A DNA stretch of 64,000 nucleotides, taken from Trichosphaerium sp. ATCC 40318 (taxonomy: Eukaryota > Protista > Tubulinea). The DNA is taken from positions 248,001-312,000 of the forward strand of contig JALMLS010000062.1 of the NCBI GenBank assembly GCA_038496445.1. The letters are read 5' to 3'. The translations under genes and the position numbers were made by a program. Under the pieces are notes generated by a model. The model made no database searches and was not told where the DNA came from. It saw only the letters and a list, made by a program, of their open reading frames with translations. This document shows, one piece after another, positions 23,563-33,875 of the stretch. How positions within the stretch are numbered: the stretch's first letter is position 1; every line of letters starts with the position of its first letter.

Positions 23563-26272
23563 TCATATCGCATTTGGATCCTCTTTAATCCATGCAGCAC
23601 TACGCCATTCTCCGTGTGTGATTTCATCAGAATCAAGGTGCTTGAGTCCACGAAGTCTACTTACGATGTATTTTCTATAACACAAAATGAGTAAAATGAG
23701 CAAGAACGTCGCAAAGAAGAAGAGAAAGAAAAAAAGTTGAAAACTATTTTTTCGTTGAGATTTTTTTGAGAAAACCCTCTTGACTTATACGTACCTATAA
23801 TTTGTGTAGTGATGCTTAAATTGGCTATATATAGGACAGCAATCATTACCAATAGTATTAAGGTATTGAAGGTTAGGACAGAATCGACAAATACCATCAA
23901 GAAACTGTTCTATATTTGTAATCCGATTTGATGTTATACTAAGTGTGTGAAGGCTGAATAACCGAGGTAGGTTTGTTTCATGGCTTATATCATTATTATC
24001 AAGAATGAGAGTTTGTAGTTGATAAAAACCATCAAGAAAATCGAGATTACTAAATACAACATAAGCAAAAAAACGTGACACTCTCCGAAGGGTTTTTTTT
24101 TTTGAACAAGAAAAAAAAAAGAAAAAAAAAGTTAAGTTTAACGGAGCATACCTCAAGTTATTATTACTAAGATCAAGTTCTTTAACATCATGTCGGAACT
24201 TCCGTGTTGATGCTGATATCTCTTGATCCGTCATATCCCGTAAAGCAAAAGAGATGTTCACTTTTCCTAAAAAGACCAAATTAATAAACTAAATCCACGA
24301 TTCTTTTTTTATCCTTGTTCATCCTCTACGACAGGATTTTTTGTGGGTTTTGTTTGTTTGTTAACTTACCTTGTTCATTGGCAGGTAAATAGTGAAATAA
24401 ACAAGGTTGACTGAAGTGTTTAGTGGTATCATTTCGGAGTTTGCAAGAAATTACAAAACTACACAATCCTGGTTCTCTAGGTGGCGCATAGCACTCCAAA
24501 ACGCCTTGACTGAGGTACTAAAGCAACCATTAACAATAATATACATAACATTTTATGTGCGAGGAAATGTTTACATACCTTGGCATGAACACCAGTAGTA
24601 TCAAAGTGACACTGGTAGTCATAGTTGATATCATCTGGAATATTTGCTTTGAAAAAGACTAACATTTTTGTAAAGTCACAAGCGCGTCCACAATCAGGAG
24701 CAAATGATTTTATATCAAGTGATGCGGTTTTAGTAACATCAGATGAGAACATATCATTATATTCCTTCGTATAACTAAACAGTAAACGATAAGTGGCGAA
24801 AATAGTAAAAAATTGAGAAAAAAAACTGCGCTTAGATCAGCACGTACGTGTCAGCAGCAAATGGTGGAGGACTTCCGTCAGGAGTGCTCAAATCTAGACA
24901 TAACTCCTCAGCAAGAGATTCCACGTTTATCAAATTCATCATGTGTCCTGATGTGCTAATAGATGTTGAATCTTCTTCGCTTTCTATCAAGAATAAGGTT
25001 AGCCAAAAGTTTTGAATCACTTACGCTTATCAGTATTGAACCGTACCTGACATATCGTCTGAAGAAAATATAGGGTCCAGTAGGAACGGCGATGATGTCA
25101 CAGGTGGTGAAGAAGCTGTCTCTAACTTAATTTGCAAAGGATGCTCAGCAGCACGTGCTGAATTTTTTGTTTGTCTTGGAGCTTGTTTTTTAACCTTTCG
25201 TCTTTTTGTAGCTGTTGATGATACTGATGGACGTCTTCTCTTACGTGTCCTTTAAAACCATACATTAGAAACATAGAACACTAAGAAAAATCAAACCGAT
25301 AAAAACAAGACGAGCAAGAGGGCCAAAAAAAGACTGAAAACTTCGTCCTACTTTTCAGACCAAAAAAAAAAGTATTCAGCAAAATCAGCCTTCCGATATT
25401 TTTGGGAACATTTCTTCGCCAACTCTCTCATCTGGCGTGATCTTTTTTTTGACATAAAATGAGATTGTAGAGGACGTACGAATTACGCATATAATGAAGG
25501 AGAACAGGAAAGTCATTGAGTCTACGCATCTCAGAAACGCTAAGGCTACCATCTGCCTCTGGTTTATAATAAACTTCATTTCTAAATAGTTTATACTCGT
25601 GACGACGCCATCCGCTCTCGGAACTCTTCCATGTTTGTCTACGCATAACAACAGACCCTACAGATAGGAGATTAAACACTTTATTTTATTTGAAAAGGAG
25701 GAGCGGAGAGGAGAAGAGTGGAGATCGAAGAACAAACGTACCAGTGTCAGTTTTAGAGTTTTTTAGCTTGAACTGCTTCCTGGCAGGGTCATGGAGTATG
25801 AGTTTGACGTGCATTCGTTTTTCGCTGTCCCATGTAATCCCTAGAATGTATTAATATTTTCTATGGCACCTCCACGCGTGTTTCTTACCATCATCAAGGT
25901 AGTTATTGACTTTACCGTCGTATAAAAAAAGAAAACCGTCACTGTCTGTCACTATTATTTATTAGTAATTTTCATGCGTATACAAGGTGTTTGCGGTGTA
26001 ATTGCGTACCTTGTAGTGGATTTGGTAATGTTTTAGAGCAAAAATCTTTTTTAGGCTCTCGTAGCAATAAATAAGGTATCTGGAATGTCTTGCTTCTAAA
26101 TTCGCGACCGCCACTCAATGTCTACCACTATTATTAATTTCTAACCGCTTTTACGCTTATAGCCGAAAGATACCTCAGTTATACCGCCAATACTACCGTT
26201 AGGTACTTCTTGACATTCCTCAAGGAATGCCGCGATTGTATCAGCAGATATTGGAGCGACAGCTTGTGCCAT
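23563..26272 (-). CDS. CAMTA-like transcription factor: CG-1-like DNA-binding domain + IPT/TIG + C-terminal LRR/LRRcap
   Basis: Spliced: GFLFLYDGKVNNYLDDGITW..HVKL..RRHEY..VLLHY (CG-1 pattern); NLS RKRRR; IKSFAPD..YQCHFD..GVLECYAPPREPG (CAMTA-type TIG); LDLSNNNL/LILDNNDI LRRs and YRKYIVSRLRGLKHLD. Confidence 0.75.
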
Positions 26273-26439
26273 GTGTTTGTGTATCAAAAGACCATTATTT
26301 TGTAGCAGTGCTTCTGTTTTACACAAGCAACGATTCACAGAAATCGAAAAAAATTGCAGGTGCAAAATTTTTTGTAACGTTTTCAAGAAACCGCTTGACC
26401 AAAGGTCATAGCGAAGGAACACCAGTTAACCGGCTCAGG

Positions 26440-27468
26440 ATGTTAAGGATTATCTCTCGCGTACACTTTTACACCCATTATACATAGTTGACACCTAAAT
26501 TTAAGACAAATCGCCAAATACGTTCAAAACATGCTTCAAAGCCTAGATACTACACGTTCTTATTACCAGAAAAGGACAGAGTCAAAGCAGTACTGATGGA
26601 CGCTAACGGAGTACGTAAAACTTCCAACAACAACAAAAATTACAAAAAATAAAAATAAAAAAATCCAAAGTTAAAACAACTTGTTGTAGGTATTGTATTA
26701 TCGACCTAAATCTAAAGTCGCAATTGTACAAGAGATGCTGGGCAAGAAACTACACTGGGTACTTATACAGACTTCTACACATTGCATCATCACCCAATTC
26801 AAAAAAGTAGTTATAACATTAGGGTACTGAGATTACCAAGACACGTAAGGAAGCGAATACAGGTGTAAAAACAAAGCAACAATATCTTGAACATCTTATT
26901 GATACAGTGGATAATACTGTTGATGATAAGAAAAGAAAGGCATGCCTTGAGGCAATGTTAAAAGCAGAAAGTCAAATAGTAATTCATAAAGATGTTGATG
27001 TAACTCTTAATGAATTAAAACGTTGTGGATATAAGATTGGCGTTATAACAGATACATTATCACACAAGGAAGAAAAGCTCAAATGGCTAAAAGATGCTGG
27101 ACTAAATGTATCTTTTGACTTATTCTTAACATCAACAGAAGCAGGTGTTAAGAAACCTGATGCCAGAATTTTTCAAAAAGCTTCATCATTACTTGATGTA
27201 AGCCCTGATGGTTGTCTTTTTATTAGCCATAAGGTATGTATCAAAGTATGTTCTTGTTGGTTAATGTATCGATAGCAATCAGAAATACATGGTGCAAAGA
27301 ATGCAGGATATTTGTATAGTATTGCTGTTAACAAGGTATGAAATTTTCTTTCTAAGTTGTTTATAATTATCTACATAGGATAGTGATACGTCACAGTATT
27401 GCCATGATCTTGGGGACAACATCAGCACACTACTATCAATACTTGGTATTCATTATCCTCAAAAATAA
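26440..27468 (+). CDS. HAD-superfamily hydrolase with probable mitochondrial presequence
   Basis: MLRIISR, a 27-nt intron at 26461-26487, then LTPKFKTNRQIR. Motif I VLMDANGVL, motif II IGVITD, motif III KKPDARIF. The 3' end is uncertain. Confidence 0.8.
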
Positions 27469-27828
27469 TATGTTGTCTCATTAGGTGTATTACATAAATG
27501 GTTTCACCTCAGCCTTATGATGAAAGTTAAGAAAGGTAGTCTTCAATGTTTTTACATTGAGTGCGGCAGGCAAAAACTTTATGAAAAGACGTTGTACTAT
27601 AGTGTCTTATTTGATAGAGACTTTTTTGTGATTATTATTTGACAAATAGACCAACTTTTTGATAGACCTGGTTCTCCTAGAAGACGGTGTCAAGTGCCTG
27701 GAGAACCCCCTTTTTTTTTAGGCGACACAGTGTATTATCTTGGGTTGTATTGAATTCATCTCTTGTTCTACAATCCAACTCAGTATCAAAACTTCTAAAT
27801 GTAAACAAAGTGACGGTGCCAAACTGCA

Positions 27829-28101
27829 AAGACCAACGACAATATACTTGCTTGCGGTTACAATGAAGGAAAAAGGCTAGGTTGTTACAGGTGGATGATG
27901 ACCCGTTACTATTGTATTGACAATAAGACTACAAACACGCTGAAAGGTTTGAGCCTTCTTACTAGCAACAGTCCAGGGACCAACCTGAAGGGTTGCTGTT
28001 AATCCTAGTGGAGATTATGGGGTGCGGGGTGGCGTTGTATCAGTAACACATAGCTATGCAAGCTTATTGCCATGCCATGTCAATCCGAAACCGGTCTTTT
28101 T
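27829..28101 (+). ncRNA. Candidate structured ncRNA A (about 270 nt), family unassigned
   Basis: Ends pair (AAGACC 27829-34 with GGTCTT 28093-98) and run into T5. Internal helices AAGGCT/AGCCTT, TATTGT/ACAATA, ACTAG/CTAGT, CAACC/GGTTG, GCTTGCG/TGCAAGC. GC-richer than the flanks, no ORF. Confidence 0.5.
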
Positions 28102-28209
28102 GAAAAATGTGGAGTTTTCGCCTTTTTCGAAAATAAGAACCAAAATTGTGTTTTAGTTACAGCAACAACCCTACAACCTGCTACGACATTGTAGACTCTT
28201 TTTCATCCT

Positions 28210-28250
28210 TCCCACAATATTTTTTAACATCAGTAATGACATGCATATAA
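28210..28250 (+). promoter_or_regulatory. Putative type-3 snRNA promoter: USE/DUSE-like TCCCACAA and TATAA
   Basis: TCCCACAA at 28210-17 (about -65) and TATAA at 28246-50 (about -29) relative to the paired 5' end at 28275. Matches the Dictyostelium DUSE consensus (WCCCAYAA) and its spacing. Confidence 0.6.
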
Positions 28251-28274
28251 GCACAATGTTTACCTTTTATAATC

Positions 28275-28637
28275 GAGGTGCATAGTTGTCGTGCTTCCCA
28301 ACTGCCTGACCGCCATTGATATACTTCGTTTTAATGTATGGGAGCTAGGGTGTTTTAATACTTCGTAAATCTACTTCGCAATCTAAAACCCTAGTTCCTT
28401 AAACCAATCTACAGTGGCTCATTGCTAAGGTGTGGCGCTGCGACTTGTCTCGTTTCCCGCAGAAAGCGGGAGAACGAGGCGGGTTGTGGCGACCGTGACT
28501 AAGGCGTGAAAGGTCGGTGGTTAATACTTCGACAAAACAACAGTTGTTCTCTTTGAAAAAAACTAGTGCTATAAGGTATCGACAGAAGAGTCGTATACCC
28601 TGCACATCCGAGGCACACTACGCGACCACCTCTTTTT
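28275..28637 (+). ncRNA. Candidate Pol III structured ncRNA B (about 360 nt), family unassigned
   Basis: GAGGTG 28275-80 pairs with CACCTC 28627-32, followed by T5. A 25-bp hairpin at 28436-28491 has six G-U pairs and no mismatch (one bulged G), fixing the + strand. Further hairpins at 28341-28398 and 28574-28599. Confidence 0.75.
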
Positions 28638-28831
28638 GTTTTTTTCCTTAGGTGCTTACTACCAGTTGTTTAATAACCTCTCGCTATAGCAGAAATACTC
28701 AAACCACACTACGTCAATTACGGAAAGGATAGTGAACGGAATAATTAATACAGAAATGACCAAACAAGTGCGGTTTATTAAAAAATCTATTGTTGAAAAC
28801 CTAGCTTAATCTCATCTCGTTAGGTCTTATT

Positions 28832-29969
28832 TTACGACAAGGCAGCGTATGTAACTTGTGCTGGACATGTTGTGCCTAGATAGCAATCGATAATCTAAAA
28901 AACAGTAATCAGCTAAACACTGTACAAATTGTTTATAATGCCATACCTCAAGCTGTTTGTTAACACAAACACTCATTTGGTATAACCCACTATCTTGACA
29001 CATGGCAAGCGGTTCACCTCCGAGAGCAGACTTTATAGCGCTTGATATAGCATCTACGCTGTATGTTTTGGAGTTTGAAGGTGTGATGCCTGCGGAAGAC
29101 AAAATACTCTAAAAAGTGGCTTAAAATAAAAACACCCTTTTTATCTAAGAATGGTACCAGTAAATCGATTTTTTCGCGAAGTTTTAGTGCTGCTGAGAAG
29201 AATTTGTATTCGCTACCAAGAGCTGGTGCTTGTGATGCGCAAGTGCCATGCTTCTCCCATTCGTGACTCCAAAAGGAAGTGGAGTCAGTAGAGTAATAGC
29301 TAGGCCTAAACAAAGACTGAGTCAAAAAAAAGCTGAAAGAAAAGAAAAACAAGTTTGTAACGGTAAATTGTGAGCGGTGTTCACCGTACCAATATTTATT
29401 CATCTGAGGAAGTAATGACGATACGTCAGAGACGTTGAACTTATCTTGTGTACAGTAAGAAGGCCTAAATAAAGAAATAAGATCGTAAAAAATAATAACG
29501 CTATAAACAACACGCAACGCTTCGTAAAACGTGCGTTGTGTCGATTTGCAGACAAGGAGACTATCGAAATTCATTCAAATATAGCACCGTACCAGTGTCC
29601 TGTACTCAAATCAGGCCATAGACCTTAAAACACGTGTTAGAATAAAGTTTGGTTCCGAATATTCCGGAAGTTTAGTATTCTTGGTTATTACCATGTATAG
29701 ACCAAAAAGATGGGTTCCTAGGCGCGTTTTAGAGCGTATAATAGACTTTAAGACTCGTACTGGTCGCAAGATCCCGCACTACTACATACTTGACCCGGCC
29801 ATTGTTGTACTAGCTCCAAGTAATCCCTAGTGGGTTGCTTAGCAAGAACAAACGACTTTTTTCAGTTTTTGTCACACCATTGGTCTGATGAAACTCGTTG
29901 AGGGTGTATAGACAAAGAAGTAGATACATAAATGCCAAGGAGAAAAATAGAAAGAAGCTTCATTGTCAT
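28832..29969 (-). CDS. Secreted ribonuclease T2
   Basis: Signal peptide; LVQQWPG; CAS-I WSIHGLWP; [17 protein letters not shown]. Confidence 0.93.
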
Positions 29970-30396
29970 CAATAGAAGTATGAACAATTTTGTGACTTTT
30001 TCGACTTTTAGATTTGCCTTATCACAAAGCACGTGAACTTAAAGTACAATATCAGGCAACGCGCAATAAATAGCCCTACCATGTAAATCAAGACTTTGTA
30101 AACAATTAAAAACGGAACGTGTCCACTTGTATCTCAAAATCTCTGAGCGAACTCTACAATACTCTAAAACGCAGTAAGAACCCAAAGCCAAGCCTAGAGG
30201 CTAAACTACCAGTGATTCACAAAGTGTACTGGCGAGATTTTCGTGGTTTACTTACCAGTAACGCGTCACCTTGAGTCGGAATATCCTAACAATAATGTTA
30301 AATCATCACAACGGCGCGCTTAACGGCGGAGTGAATACAAAATTTTTCAGAGGCGCGTCAAACGGGAATAAAAGTGGTAAAGACACTGCAAGCGTA

Positions 30397-33365
30397 ATGG
30401 AAAGACCATTGGACGTAATAATACTTGCTGCCGGCTATGGAACTAGGCTTCAACGTATGTAGTGGGTTGAAGATTTACGTGGCTGTATTTAACTGTTGTA
30501 GGTGGTTTAAACGCTAAAAAGGAGATTTTGGGGCACTTGATAGGTCCGTTGTTCAATACCCTTAGCTAGGCTTCCAACAGCCCATTTTCGTGCCAATGAT
30601 GGCAATCCTATCCTTTTTATTCGCGTTTATCTTTGACTATTTATGTAGGAGTACCAAAACCGCTATTACCGCTTGGAAATCAGCTACTACTCGATTACTG
30701 GCACGAAGCGTTGCGTGAGGATGCCAGAGTTAATAATATTTACATTGTTACCAACAAAGCAAAGTATGCGTACTTTGAGCGTTGGTGTAACCAACACGAG
30801 TGCGTGTAATTTAGATTTAACGCTTTTGTATTCCATTATTAACATGTCGTGTTAAAAAAAGCTTCCCTCAATCAAATCTCATTGACGATGGTTCTATGAG
30901 TAATGAAAGCCGTTTGGGCGCTATCGGCGATTTATCACTTGTAATTTCTCAAAAGTCTATCAAATCAGATTTACTTGTTATTGCAGGAGATACACTATTC
31001 TTTCCCGTACGTTGAATTACCTATTATACGCTTACACGCTTTTCGAATCGAAAAAAAAATAAAAAAGTGTATTGAAATCAAATTTGGCTTCCTCTAACCT
31101 AGAACGGCCTCTAGGATGATCCAGCAGCTCAACTTTCAACAATGATAGATGCATTCTATAAAAATAAAGCCAATACACTCGTTGCATACACTGTAAAAAC
31201 AGAAGAAGAAGTCAGCAAAGTACGAGACACCATCGATCTTTTTTTCTTTTTTTCTTTTTTTTTTTTACATGCAACACGTGTTTATATTAACATTACAAAT
31301 TCAGAGAGGAATTGTAGAGGTAGACGAGAAAAACCTTGTCACAAGCTTTTTAGAAAAGCCTTTAGCAACAGAGACATCTTCACGTCTTGCTGCACCAGCA
31401 GTGTATTTTTATAAGAAGGATTCATTGCATTTCGTTTCGAAGTTTTTGGAATGTAAGAAAGATAAACCTCTAAAGGAAAGAGACGCACCAGGTCGTCTAG
31501 TCATGTGGCTTGTCAATGAAAACAAAGGTAAGCAGAACAACAAAAATCACATGCTTCCAGAGCCTCAATTGTTGATTTTTGTTGAAATGGATTTTTTTTC
31601 TTGAATTTGGCAAACTAAACTGCAGTTATTGATATTTTTGATAAAACTCTGTATTAACTGATATTCATTCCAGCGCCTTTTTATGTCCATAAAATTAAAG
31701 GAAGATTTGATATTGGCGCATTAGAGCAATACCAAGAAGCTAATCTTTACATATCTTCTTTAAACACACCGTTCCTTCATATCGTCAACAATGGTCAGCT
31801 ATCAAGCTCAGCGCCAGATAAAGTCATCATAAGACGTTCATACGCACGGCTAGGCCTAGTAGGTAACCCCAGCGATGGATACTTCGGTAAGCGAACACTA
31901 ACATGCAATTCTTTCAAAAAGCTAACCGCAACAAAAGGAAAGACAATGTCGTGTACAATTAAAAATTTCTGGGCTGAAGTCAAGGTTTATGAGAGCAAGA
32001 TGCTGAGGTTTATACCAAACAAGAAGCATGATGGTTTCAAATACAAAAGTAACCGAAACACAATGACTTTTTGAACACTAATTTACTGACGTAGGTATTG
32101 CACATCTTAAGCAAAATATAAAGCTTCAGACGTACCATGGTGCAATTAGACTACTTAAAGCAACTTGCAAACAATTTTATGATTACTGCCTTGCACATAA
32201 ACTAGCTGATGCTGAGCAACTAAGTAAAAACTTTACAGTAAATTACAAAACTACAATACCAAGACAAGTGAGTAAAAGAAAACGAAAAACAAAAAGAAAG
32301 AAGAAGCTGTATATTAACGTTTGAATTTAGGTTGGATTGGCTGGTAGTAGTGCTATCATTACGGCTTTTATGCGTTGTCTTATTGATTTCTATAATATAG
32401 ATACAACACAAGTTTCCAAGCCATTGCTTGCTGGTAAGTGAGCAGAAAGGACAAAATCCTGTTTTTTTATTGTTACACATGTTCTTATACTTATATCTCA
32501 GAGACTATTCTATCAGTGGAAAGGGATGAACTTGGTATTGCGGCAGGGTTACAAGATCGAGTTTGCCAACTTTATGAGGGATTGATATACATGGACTTTG
32601 ATAAAGCGCTTGTAGACAAACAAGTACCTATCTTGTTTTTTTACTTCTTTTTTTTATAAACTTCATCAACTTAACATCTTTGTCAGGGGCATGGTGCTTA
32701 TACACGGCTGGACACAAGTATGCTTCCTCAATTTTATCTTGCATTTGCACAAATACCATCAGACTCTGGACGAGTTCACAATGATGTAAGAGAGAGGTGG
32801 AACAAGGGAGATGTCAAAGTACAAAGTTTAAACTTTTTATTTTTATCACATTCTTTTTACCAACTTTTGGGTCGCGTAGGTAATCGAAGCTATGAAAACC
32901 TTTGCTGATTACGCTGAGAATGCAAAACAAGCATTAGAATCAGGAAACCTTGATGAATTTAATGCGCTTGTGAACAAAAATTTCGCTCTCAGAAGGTACA
33001 ATACCTTGTCTATTAGAAAAAAAAAGGAACAATCTTCTTCGTATTATTCACCATTTTCTGATTTATTTTTTTTCAAAAGGAATCTATTCGGAGATGCTTG
33101 TATAGGTAAACAAAATATAAGAATGGTTGATATAGCAAACAAGTTTGGTACAACAAAACTACATGATAAAACTCAAAATCTTCTACTTCTTTTTTTTTTT
33201 TTTAACATTAAACTCATATTGTTTTTAGGCGCTTCTGCAAAGTTTCCTGGTAGCTCTGGAGCTATATATGGCGTTGCACCAAGTAACTTTTCGGATTTAC
33301 AATCTGTATTTGCTGAAGCTGGATTTAAATGTATACTTGTACAACCGTATACTCCTTCGCAGTAA
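30397..33365 (+). CDS. Bifunctional nucleotidyltransferase-glucuronokinase (GKUP-like fusion)
   Basis: N-terminal ILAAGYGTRL, VPKPLLP, LVIAGD, RFDIG in frame with GHMP kinase ARLGLVGNPSDGYFGK, IPRQVGLAGSSA, ELGIAAGLQDRV, AKFPGSSGAI. Confidence 0.9.
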
Positions 33366-33875
33366 CCATATAAAAAATACAATCAAACGCGCAAATAAGC
33401 ATCCTGCATCCTAGGTAGTTTACTTACGTTGTAAAGTGCTTCGCCGCTTCTGCAGTGAGTATAGCATGTACTTGGTGATACCCATCAGCGATAGCAAGCC
33501 GAGCATGGGAACTTGTTCTTATGGGTATGATTGGTACTTATATCGTTATAACGGTTGAGGTTAGAGCGTGTACATTTACTATTTGAGCATTTGGGCTACA
33601 CATGGGTTTTACACCATCAAGCGTTTGTGCGGCGATCCACGCTTGGTTTAAGAATGGCATTTTGGACACTGCTAGGCCATAAGAGCGTCAAACGAATTAA
33701 ACCGCCAATTTTTCCTTTCATAGCTGTAAAAGGTTCAACCTATTACAAGGACTTTAAAATCGCGTGTTTGGCTAGTTAGCTTCATAAGTGTTTGAATAAG
33801 GACACATCTGATTAATTTGCGTGTCAACTCTACAGAAACAGCGGTAAATTGCAACACTAGGTCAAGATAATAGAA

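Noticed and set aside
27985-28096. Hammerhead ribozyme (CTGAAG...GAAACCGGTC)
   Set aside because: The core lacks CUGANGA and no stem I can form after the GUC.
28114-28134. U5-like loop (TTTTCGCCTTTTTCGAAAA)
   Set aside because: The invariant GCCUUUUAC is not matched, and there is no internal-loop CCG or Sm site.
28383-28393. CTAAAACCCTA as a telomerase template (TTTTAGGG repeat plus 3-nt alignment) in ncRNA B
   Set aside because: It lies in the 3' strand of a strong stem (28341-28398), no template-adjacent pseudoknot is evident, and the telomere repeat is unknown. Worth revisiting only if chromosome ends read TTTTAGGG.
33373-33526. Minus-strand ACCCATAA 64 nt upstream of ATACTCACTG..., a possible small RNA
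   Set aside because: The 8-mer occurs several times by chance in the window (e.g. in introns and exons), there is no TATA, and the stems are short.
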